NCBI GenBank assembly: GCA_047601445.1
Contig: JASGJH010000001.1
Coordinates: forward strand, 3,072,001 to 3,136,000
Reading direction: 5' to 3'
Origin: Myxococcales bacterium
GTDB lineage: Bacteria; Myxococcota_A; Polyangia; Polyangiales; DASUME01
Length of the DNA stretch: 64,000 nt
Part shown: positions 30,152 through 39,100 of the stretch, one piece after another
Position numbering within the stretch: position 1 is the first letter of the stretch
Layout of the letters: every line of letters begins with the position of its first letter
Made by a program: the position numbers and the translations under genes
The notes under the pieces: generated by a model
The model's input: only the letters and a program-made list of their open reading frames with translations
What the model was told of the DNA's origin: nothing
Database searches by the model: none

Positions 30152-31384
30152 GTGGGTGTGGTCCCCGTTCCGTTGATCATCGCCCTGGTCGGATCTGCCG
30201 CGGGGCTCCTGTTCGCAAGCGTCTCGACCTATGACTTCGTGGCCCATCTGGATCGCCAGGTGCACGGGCTGCATTGCTCGTTGTTGCCCGGTATCGGCAC
30301 CCCCGACGCCACGGGCACCAGCGGCTGCCATGTGACCCTGATGAGTCCGTACTCGTCGGTGCTACGCGAGTCCGTTTGGGGTGGAATCCCGATTTCCTTG
30401 CCGGCGATGGCGGTCTTCGCCTTCCTGCTCTTTTGGGGCGCCCTGTTGTGGCTCACCAACCGTACGCGGGACGAGCGGGCCACCGGCTTCTACGCGCTGG
30501 CGACGGGAGTCCCGGCGTTGACCTCTCTGGTGATGGCGATCATCTCGCTGAGCGCGCTCGATGCCGTGTGCAAGGTGTGCCTCGGCATCTACCTCTCGAG
30601 CATCCTCTGCGTGGTGGGCGCGGTCCTGACTTGGCTGCGAGCGCGCCGTGCAGCCGGGCAACCCGTGAGCATGCCTGGTGAAGAAGCCCAACGGATGTCC
30701 CTTGGCGCCCTCGGGGTCGCCTTCCTGGTGGGCTGCCTGTTCGTGACCGTGTCGGTGGTGGCCTACGCCGCAAGCGCGCCCAACTTCGAGAAATACGCGG
30801 GCACCTGCGGCAAGCTCGCCAAGCTCACCGATCCTTCGCGCGTGCTGGTCCCGCTGGGCGGCCAGGGCACGGGCCCCCAGGTGCTGGAGGTGCTCGACCC
30901 GCTGTGTCCGGCCTGTCGGGCCTTCGAGCGCCGCTTCTCGGGCCTGTCGATCAGCGAGACCGCCAACCGCCAGGCCATGCTCTTCCCCCTCGACAGCAGC
31001 TGCAACTGGATGGTGGAGAGCGCGGTGCACCCCGGAGCCTGCAGCGTCAGCGAGGCCATGCTGTGCGCCGGCGACAAGGCGCGCGACGTTTTGGAGTGGG
31101 CCTTCGAAGAGCAAGAGAACATCGTGGCCGCGGAGAAGGCTCAGGCAGGCAGCGCCGCCAAGCTAGCCGTGGCCAAGTTTCCCTCGCTGGCGGGCTGCGT
31201 CGGCTCCACCAAGATCAAGGCGCGCCTCAACAAGGCCCTGCGTTGGGCGGTGGACAACCAGCTGCCCGTGCTCACGCCTCAGCTCTACGTGAACGGCACG
31301 CGCCTGTGCGACGCCGACACGGACCTGGGACTCGACTACATGCTTGCCCGCCTGGCCGAGAAGCCCAGCGCAGGAACGCCATAG
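30152..31384 (+). CDS. Vitamin K epoxide reductase (VKOR) domain fused to DsbA-like thioredoxin domain
   Basis: Loop Cys pair (LHCS...SGCHVTLMSPYS), GGIP, CKVC in TM; then DPLCPAC, FPLDSSCN, TPQLYVNG; start 30152 or 30158. Confidence 0.88.
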   Translation: MGVVPVPLIIALVGSAAGLLFASVSTYDFVAHLDRQVHGLHCSLLPGIGTPDATGTSGCHVTLMSPYSSVLRESVWGGIPISLPAMAVFAFLLFWGALLWLTNRTRDERATGFYALATGVPALTSLVMAIISLSALDAVCKVCLGIYLSSILCVVGAVLTWLRARRAAGQPVSMPGEEAQRMSLGALGVAFLVGCLFVTVSVVAYAASAPNFEKYAGTCGKLAKLTDPSRVLVPLGGQGTGPQVLEVLDPLCPACRAFERRFSGLSISETANRQAMLFPLDSSCNWMVESAVHPGACSVSEAMLCAGDKARDVLEWAFEEQENIVAAEKAQAGSAAKLAVAKFPSLAGCVGSTKIKARLNKALRWAVDNQLPVLTPQLYVNGTRLCDADTDLGLDYMLARLAEKPSAGTP

Positions 31385-31394
31385 GAGGCCGAAC

Positions 31395-32093
31395 GTGGGA
31401 CGCACCGTTGCCATCACTTTGGGCTTTCTGCTGCTCATCCTGCCGGCCGTCTTGGTGTCGAGCTGGGTGAGCAGTGCCGAGGGACGCCTTGCGGAGAGCG
31501 AAGCCGCCGAGAGCCAGAACCCGCAGGCCGTGGCCGTGGCCGCCGAAGCCAACGAGTCCTACTGCACGCCCGAGCTGAAGCAGATCCTGCGCCGCGTGCT
31601 GGCGAGCTGCGGGTTGATCGGTGCGTCCGGTGGCCGCGGCTGTCAGCCCCTCGAAGCCAAGAACGTGGCCACCATGGACGGCAACGACTTCAATGCCCTG
31701 TTCCTGCCCATGCAGAAGCGCGGAGGCATCGTGCAGTTCGACCTCAACTCGAGCGCGCTCGATCCCAGCGACACGGGGCTGGTCGACAAGGTCTTCGCGG
31801 ATCGCGGGGGCGCCAGCTACTTCTTCGTGGTCTCGCGCGCGTCCCAGGACGGCTCCACCGAGAAGAACCGCGAGCTCTCCAAGGAACGCGCGAACGCCGT
31901 GATGTCCCACCTGAGCACCACGTTCCAGGATCCCGATCTCGACAAGCAAGTGGGCCTGTTGTGGTTGGGCGAAGAGTACGCCCAGCTCGACCCGAGCTTC
32001 TGCCAGTGGCAGCGCAGCGGCAGCCAGGACCAGTGCAAGCCCGAAGACCTCAACCGCAGCGCCTTCTTGGCCTGGATCGATTGCCGGCTATGA
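31395..32093 (+). CDS. Membrane-anchored, Cys-rich OmpA-like peptidoglycan-binding domain protein
   Basis: GGAGG SD before GTG 31395; N-terminal TM; VQFDLNSSAL...ASQDGSTEKNRELSKERANAVMSHL; 6 Cys. Confidence 0.75.
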   Translation: MGRTVAITLGFLLLILPAVLVSSWVSSAEGRLAESEAAESQNPQAVAVAAEANESYCTPELKQILRRVLASCGLIGASGGRGCQPLEAKNVATMDGNDFNALFLPMQKRGGIVQFDLNSSALDPSDTGLVDKVFADRGGASYFFVVSRASQDGSTEKNRELSKERANAVMSHLSTTFQDPDLDKQVGLLWLGEEYAQLDPSFCQWQRSGSQDQCKPEDLNRSAFLAWIDCRL

Positions 32094-32749
32094 AGCGCTT
32101 GTCTCCACTCGCGCGCCCGGAGGCGCTCTCTTCTCGGCTCGCGCGCCCGAAGGCGCGCCTTGACCGACTCCTCCCTCTCGTCCTGTTGGCTGCGAGCGTC
32201 GCGGCATGTGACGAGACGCCCGCTGCTCCGGCGCCCGAGGCGGCCCGCGTCGTGGCCGTCACGGCAGCCAAGAATCAAGGCAACGAATCCGACCTTTGCG
32301 ACGTGCTCAAGAGCCCAGAGACCGCGCCCACGTTCGCCTTTCCGACCGCCCTCGAGGGCACCCCGAAGTCGGGCGTGAGCGGTTGGCGCTGGATCAACGT
32401 GTGGGCCACCTGGTGCCCCCCCTGCATCGAAGAGCTGCCGCTGATCACGCGCTTCCAAAGTGAGCTCGCGGCCAAGGGCACGTCGGTCTCGCTCGAGCTG
32501 CTATCCGTCGACGTGAGCGCCGACCTGGTCCAGAAGTTCAGCGAATCGCACCCGGAAACCAAGCAGAGCTTGCGCGTGACCGATCCCGCCACGCTGGAGG
32601 GCTGGCTCGTGAGTCTGGGACTCGACGCAGGCGCCACGCTGCCCGTGCACATCTTCGTGGACGGCGCCAACAAGGTTCGCTGCGCGCGCACCGGCGCCCT
32701 ACGCGATGCGGATCTTCCGCTGCTCAAGAAGCTGCTGACCGGTCGGTAA
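32090..32749 (+). CDS. TlpA/ResA-like thioredoxin lipoprotein
   Basis: Lipobox VAA-C; INVWATWCPPCIEELP; LSVD; TLPVHIFVD; ATGA overlap with upstream gene. Confidence 0.9.
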   Translation: MKRLSPLARPEALSSRLARPKARLDRLLPLVLLAASVAACDETPAAPAPEAARVVAVTAAKNQGNESDLCDVLKSPETAPTFAFPTALEGTPKSGVSGWRWINVWATWCPPCIEELPLITRFQSELAAKGTSVSLELLSVDVSADLVQKFSESHPETKQSLRVTDPATLEGWLVSLGLDAGATLPVHIFVDGANKVRCARTGALRDADLPLLKKLLTGR

Positions 32750-32752
32750 AGG

Positions 32753-34049
32753 CTACTTCAGTTGCATGCGGGTCGCGTCGACCGTCCCGCCCACACTGAC
32801 AGCGCGCTCGTAGTACTTCTTCGCAGAGGCCTTGTCGCCGCGCGCGCGCATGACGTCGCCGTAGAGCACCAGGGCCTTGGGGTTGGTCGGGTGGGCGGCG
32901 AGCAAGCGGTCGAGGAAGCCCGCGGCGAGCGTGGTGCGGCGATTCTCGAGCGCGACCTCCGCGGCGCGTACGAGCCCGGTGGCGTTCTTGGGATCGGAGA
33001 TCGGCTGCGTGTCGGAAGGTATCGATGCCTTCGTCCACCAGGCCTTGCTTCACCTGGATCTCTGCGAGCAAGAGCGTGGCCCGCGCATCGTTCGCGACCA
33101 GCGCGAGTGCGGCCTTCACCTCCGCCTCGGCCTCGGCCGGCTGAGCCTTCGCGAGCAACACCTCGGCCAGACCCAGGTGGGCGGCGAGCATGTTGCGATC
33201 GGTGGCCAAGGCCTTGCGATAGCCGTCCTCGGCCCCCGCGAGTTCGCCCGCCTGCCGCTGCGCGTCGCCCAGGGCGCGCGCTGCGTCAGCCCAGCCGGGT
33301 CGTCCAGCTACAGCCTGCGCGAGCAGATTGCGCGCCTCGGGCGTGCTCCCCAGCAACACGCCGAGTTCGTACTGAATCTCCGGCCACAGCGGGTCCAGGG
33401 ACAGGGCTTCGCGCAGCGACGCGACGGCGTCGTCCTTCTGACCGGCCGCCGCGTAGAGGCGCCCGAGTCCGAGCCCTGCCTCGGCGGCGAGCCCGCGGTT
33501 CTCCTTGCCTCGCTTGTAAGCAGTCTCGGCCTCGGCGACCTGGTTGCGGATGCGATGAGCATGGCCGAGCACGAGCTGCGCCTCACCGAGGTTCGGATCC
33601 TGGGCGGTGGCTGCGGCGAGTTCCTCGAAGGCGCGCTCGCTTCGATTCCAGGCCAGGAACGCGCGCGCCATGCAGACGTGGGCGAGCGCCGATCCCTTTT
33701 GCTCCTTGAATAGCTTCTTGCACTGATTCCGTGCTTGCTTGTAGTCGCCTTGCGCGATGGCGACCTCGGCCCGTTGGGTCACGGCCTGGGGATCGAGCGG
33801 CGCGAGCCCCTCGGCTCGCTCGAACTGCTTCGCGGCGTCGGCGAAGCGCCCGGCGCGCAAGTAGGCGCGGCCCAGCGCGCTCTGCGCGGCGAGATCCTTG
33901 GGTGCTGCCTTGGCGGCCGCTTCCAGGGCAGGCAGCTCACCGGCCTGTGCGGAGCCCGGCGCAGGCTCGAACGCGGCCAGGGCAAGCAGGACACCTGCAC
34001 CAAGTAGGGGACGAAGACGAAGGGGCAGACGAGAGCGTTCGAACTTCAT
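32753..34049 (-). pseudogene. Exported TPR protein with apparent +1 frameshift near 32996 (possibly a sequencing error)
   Basis: Signal peptide plus TPRs from ATG 34049; removing one base at 32996-32997 restores ...FRHAADLDPKNATGLVRAAEV...ALVLYGDVMRARGDKASAKKYYERA...QLK-stop (32753). Confidence 0.75.
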
Positions 34050-34277
34050 GGGGAATGACTCCGAGGGACCTGGGGTTCCCAGGTCGAAGCGCGCCCTGGA
34101 GCGCGCAAGCGAAGGAGCGAGGCTAGCCACGAGCCTGGACGGGCCGCATTCTGCACGGACAGCCGGGCGCGGCCAAAGCTTCAGTGCAGTCGACTCGCCC
34201 ATCGAGTGCACGAAGCACGGGCGGCGCCTTCGGAGCGTAGTCGAGCCCACAGGTAGGGGGTGTGCTAGCGTGCCCGG

Positions 34278-35063
34278 GTGCGCTTCGTTCCAGCCTTCAT
34301 GAGCCTGCTAGTGTGTTCGCTGGCCTGTCTAGTCGCGTCCTGCGCCGCCACCAAGAAGACCGGCGTGTACACCGAGGACGCCCGCATCGCCTACGAGAAA
34401 GCCATGGAGGCCTTCGAGAACGAAGACTGCATCACGGCGGAGCCTCTGTTCCGCGACATCCGCGCCAATTATCCCTACACGCGCTACGCGGCTCTTTCCG
34501 AGCTGCGCGAGGCGGACTGCCTGGCGATCCAGGACAAGCACGTGGAGGCTATCGAGATCTACGAGCGCTTCGCGCGGGTGCGCGCCTCCCACGAGAGTGT
34601 CCCGTACGCCCGCTTCAAGGCGGCCGAGTCGCAGTACCAGCAAATCCCCACCGAGTGGTTCCTGTCCCCGCCCGCCTACGAGCGCGACATGCGGGCCGCC
34701 CGTGACGCCCTCAAGGATTTGCGGCGCTATCTGCTGGATTTCCCCTACGACGAGAACGCCGACAAGGCCGCCGAGATGGAGAAAAAGACGCTCGCGCTGC
34801 TCGCTCAGCACGAGCTCTACGTGGCCGACTTTTACCTCAAGCGGGAACACCCGGAGGCCGCCATCAAGCGCCTCACCGGCATGCTCCAGACCTACGAAGG
34901 CAGCGGCTTCGAACCCCAGGCCATGCTCCTGATGGGCCGCACCCAGCTGATGATGAAGGCCGTCCCCCAGGCCCATGCCACCTTTCGCGAGCTCATCGCA
35001 CGTTATCCGCAGTCCGGAAGTGCGGTACAGGCTGAGCGCTTTCTGGCCGAGACAGGGGGATGA
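34278..35063 (+). CDS. bamD: Outer-membrane protein assembly factor BamD
   Basis: Lipobox VAS-C; YPYTRYA, YERF...HESVPYARF, LAQHELYVADFYLKR...AAIKRL. Confidence 0.9.
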   Translation: MRFVPAFMSLLVCSLACLVASCAATKKTGVYTEDARIAYEKAMEAFENEDCITAEPLFRDIRANYPYTRYAALSELREADCLAIQDKHVEAIEIYERFARVRASHESVPYARFKAAESQYQQIPTEWFLSPPAYERDMRAARDALKDLRRYLLDFPYDENADKAAEMEKKTLALLAQHELYVADFYLKREHPEAAIKRLTGMLQTYEGSGFEPQAMLLMGRTQLMMKAVPQAHATFRELIARYPQSGSAVQAERFLAETGG

Positions 35064-35081
35064 CAGGATAACCTGTCGTTC

Positions 35082-35810
35082 ATGGATGAGCGCACCAAGC
35101 AACTCCTGACACTTGGTCGGGAGCACTACACACGCGGAGAGTTCGACAAGGCGGAGCACTACTTCCAACAAGTGCTCGAGCGCCATGTGTCGGCGGCGGA
35201 CGTGTACAACATGCTCGGTGTGATCTTTCACGATCGGGGTCAGTTCGAAGAAGCGCAGGCGGCATTCGAAGAAGCCCTGGCGATCAACCCTTCGTACACG
35301 GAAGCAGCGCTCAACCTTGCGGTCGCCTACAACGACCTCGGCCGCTACGAAGAAGCCAAACGCGTGTATCGCGGCGCGCTCTCTCAGGGCAATCGTTCCG
35401 CGGGCGGCGTCACGCCCTTCGTCCGCGGGAAAATCGCGAACATGCACGCCGACGTGGCCCAGGCCTACGCCGACGCGGGCATGGTGAGCGAGGCCATGCA
35501 CGAGCTGCGCAAGGCGGTACTGCTCTGCCCGACCTTCGCCGACCTTCGGTTGCGCCTGGCCAACCTCTACCGCGAGACCGGTGATTACGAGGCCGCCGCT
35601 TACGAGCTCGACGAAGCCCTGAAGGTGAAGCCCCTGTACGTGCCGGCCCAGATCGCGCTCGGGGTGGTGCGGTTCTCGCTGGGCGAAGTGCCCACGGCCA
35701 TCAAGTGCTGGGAGCGCGTGCTGGAACTCGACCCACAAAATCGCGCCGCTCACATGTACCTGCGGATGGTCCAGAACGCGCCGGCGTCGATCCCCCCTGC
35801 GTCACGCTGA
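35082..35810 (+). CDS. Cytoplasmic TPR protein
   Basis: Tandem TPRs (ADVYNMLGVIF...ALAINPSYTEAALNLAVAY; AIKCWERVLELDP). Confidence 0.9.
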   Translation: MDERTKQLLTLGREHYTRGEFDKAEHYFQQVLERHVSAADVYNMLGVIFHDRGQFEEAQAAFEEALAINPSYTEAALNLAVAYNDLGRYEEAKRVYRGALSQGNRSAGGVTPFVRGKIANMHADVAQAYADAGMVSEAMHELRKAVLLCPTFADLRLRLANLYRETGDYEAAAYELDEALKVKPLYVPAQIALGVVRFSLGEVPTAIKCWERVLELDPQNRAAHMYLRMVQNAPASIPPASR

Positions 35811-36188
35811 ACGACGCAGTGCGTTGCTGCAGCAGTTCCGCTGCGCTTGGTGGCAGCCCCGCCCACTTCGAGCGAGCTCAAAGGCGAATTTCGAGACTCG
35901 CGCTCACCCGCACGTGTGCTCCGGGTCACTTCTGGTGTCACTGGCGTCAGCGATCTTTTCCGCTGCTATCGAACCCATCACAGTGGTGCGGAAACTGGTA
36001 AGTCGGGGGGCCTCTCGGACCGCTTAGCGGGGTTTCAGAGGGGCAGGCGCCTGTGTAAGATACCGCCAGTTTCCGAATGGATACGCCCCCACCCGGCTGC
36101 GCCGACCGATGATTGGTCGACGCGCTGGTCCGTGCATTGTGCGCGCGCTGGTCGGGGCGGTGCCATCGAGGCGCGACCGAAGGTAACC

Positions 36189-39100
36189 ATGAGCACTCTG
36201 GAGTTCCTGCAAGGTGAACTCGAACGTCTGTTCGAGCTCGACAAGATGATGGCGCTGAGCACCGACCTGCTCGGGCTCGATCCCAGTGAAGTGGGCGGCA
36301 CCAACGCCAAGGGCACCTTCGCGCGCGCCCTCGCCCGTCACTGCGCGGAGCGTCAGGCGCTGGCCGCGCTGGAAGACGCCATTCGCTTCTCGGTGAAGAA
36401 CGGTGCGCTGATCGAAGCGCCCCGCGTAGTGGAGGAGCCCGAGCTCACGCCTGGCAGCATGGTGGGAGGCTTCAAGATCCTCAAGCGTGTGGCCCAGGGC
36501 CCGCTGGCCGTGGTCTATCTGGCCGAACGCCCCGCGCCGAGCAACGGACACACCGAGCGCGCCGCGATCAAGGTGTTCCGCGAGGACAGCACGCGCGACC
36601 GCGCGGCGGCAGCTCGCCTGCTGACGGCGGCACGCGCGCTCAAGAGCGTGCAGGACACGGGCCTCGCTTCGATTTACGAAGCGGGCACCTTGCCGGACGG
36701 CCGCCTCTTCGTGGCCAGCGAGTACATCGCCGGCCAGACGCTGGCGGGGCGCATGGGGCGCTCGGGCGCCGTGCACTTCAGCGAAGTGCGGCCCGTCGCG
36801 CGGACCTTGCTCAAGGGCCTCGCCACCCTGCACAAGCGTGGCTTCTTGCACGGTCACCTGAAGGCCGAAAACGTGTTCATCGTGCGCCAGGCGGGTGCCG
36901 AGGGGGAGCGCTCGGAGCCCTACGGTGTGCTGACGGATCTGGCCACGGGACGCTTGCTCGCCTCGGGAGAGAAGAGCTTGCCGTCGGTGTTGCGCCTGGT
37001 CGGCGATCCTTCGAGCATGGCGCCCGAAGTGGCGCGCGGAGGCGAGCCCGATGCGCGCAGCGAGGTCTATGCCGTGGGCTGTCTGCTCTATCACGCGCTT
37101 TCGGGACAGGCGGTGTTCGATGCCCCCACGCCGATCGAGCAGATCACGGCGCACTTGATGGAAGAACCGGTGCCGCTCTCCGAGCGTGCCCCACGCGGCT
37201 GGATCAGCCCCGAGCTCGAGAACGTGATCGCGCGCGCCCTCAGCAAGGAGCCCAGCGAGCGCTACGAGACGGCCCGTGACTTCGCCGACGCTCTCGAGGA
37301 CATCGGCCGCAACAGCACGTTCCCCGGCACCGAGGCGCCTGCCCTCGATATGCAGGACCTGCTCGCCGCCATCGCGGCCTTTCAGGCCTACCCGAACGAC
37401 GAAGGTCTGGCCGCGCAGCTCGAAGCGCTGGTGAGCCCCTCGGGCAGCTGGCACCACGTGGTCGACGTGTTCCTCGAGGCGGCCGACGCCGTGGATCACG
37501 GTCCCACCAAGAAGCACCTCTTGTTCCGCACCGCGCGCGTGCTCGCGGACGAGCAGAAGGACATGGAGGCGGCCGAACGCGTGTACCGCGTGGTGCTCGA
37601 GTACGACCCGAGCGATGCCCAGGCCCACAACGCCATCGAGGAGCTGCACCGCAGCGCCGGTAACCACGAGGGCCTCGTCAGCCTCTTGCTCGATCGCCTG
37701 GAGAGCGAGACCGACGGCAACGTGCGCGCCGGCATCTTGCGCGAGGTGGCCTCGCTCTACGAGGAAGAGCTCGGCGCCGAGGAGAACGCTTTCGTGGCCT
37801 GGACTCAGGCGCTGGCGGAAGATCCCGACGACCCGCGCGCGGCCCGTGCCATCGAACGCCTGGCGAACACGCCCGAGCAATGGCTCGAAGCCATCGACTC
37901 CTTGCAGGAGCCGCTCGACAATCCGGAGCGCCTGCAGGCCTCGGTGTCGCTCTCGCTGGTGGTGGCGCAGTGGTACACGAAGCGCCTCGCACGACCGGAC
38001 CTGGCCTTACCCTATTTGACCCGCGCCCTGCAGGTCGATCCCGCCCACGAGCCCGCACTGGAGGCCATGACCTCCATCTACCGCGACGCCCAGTCGTGGA
38101 CCGAACTCGTGCAGATCCTGATGCACCGCGCCGATAGCGCGAACCCGGCGCGCACCCGCGACCTCAAGGCCGAGGCCGCCTCCGTGCTGCACCACAAGAT
38201 CGGCGACACCGCCTCGGCGGCCAGCATCTTCGAGGCCATTTTCGCCGACGATCCCACGCATCCCGGCGCGCTCGAGGCGCTCGAGGAGATCTACCTCAAC
38301 GAGGGAGCGCTGGAGAAGCTGGCCGAGCTGTTCGCGCAGAAGGCGAAGGAGCAGCGCGGCACCCAGCGCGCCGACACGCTGTGCGACCTGGCGATGCTGC
38401 ACGAGGAGGGCCTGGAAGACCTCGAGGGCGCCCTCACCCACTACAACGCAGCGCTGGCGGTGGACGACAAACACCTGGTGGCGCTCAAGGGACTCGAGCG
38501 CGCCTACACGCAGCTCAACCGGGGCAACGATCTACGGACGACCCTGGAAAAGCAGCTGGCGCTGGCGGCGACGCCCGGTCAACGCATCGAGCTTCTGGAG
38601 CGTCTCGGTGCGCTGCTCGAGGGGCAGCTCGAGAACCCGGCTCAGGCGGCCACGTTCTACGAGCAGGTCATCGAACTCGCGCCCAGCCACGAAGGCGCCA
38701 ACCTGGCGCTGGCGCGGCTGTACCGCGGACTGCATCGCTTCGAGGACCTCGCGCAGACCCTGGATCGCCACGCCAAGGGCGTGGAAGACACGACGCGCAA
38801 GGCCGACCTGTTGATGCAGGCCGCCCGCGTGTTGATGGCGGATCTGGGCTCGCCCGAACGCGCGGCCTTCGTCTGCGAGCGCGTGCTCGCCACGGTGCCG
38901 GGACACATGGAAGCGCTGTCTCTCACGGCGCGCATTCGGGCCCTCGCGGGCGACTCGGTGGCGGCGCTCGACGCGCTCGAGCTGCTGGCCGACACGGAGC
39001 AGGATCCCACCAAGAAGGCCGAGCTGTGGGTGCGCGCAGGTCAGATGCTGGAACAGGGCGACAACCTGGACGGCGCCGTGGATCGCTACACCCTCGCGCT

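Noticed and set aside
35847..36188. 114-aa N-terminal extension of the giant TPR ORF
   Set aside because: Atypical composition; ATG 36189 has an upstream AAGG and starts a coherent domain
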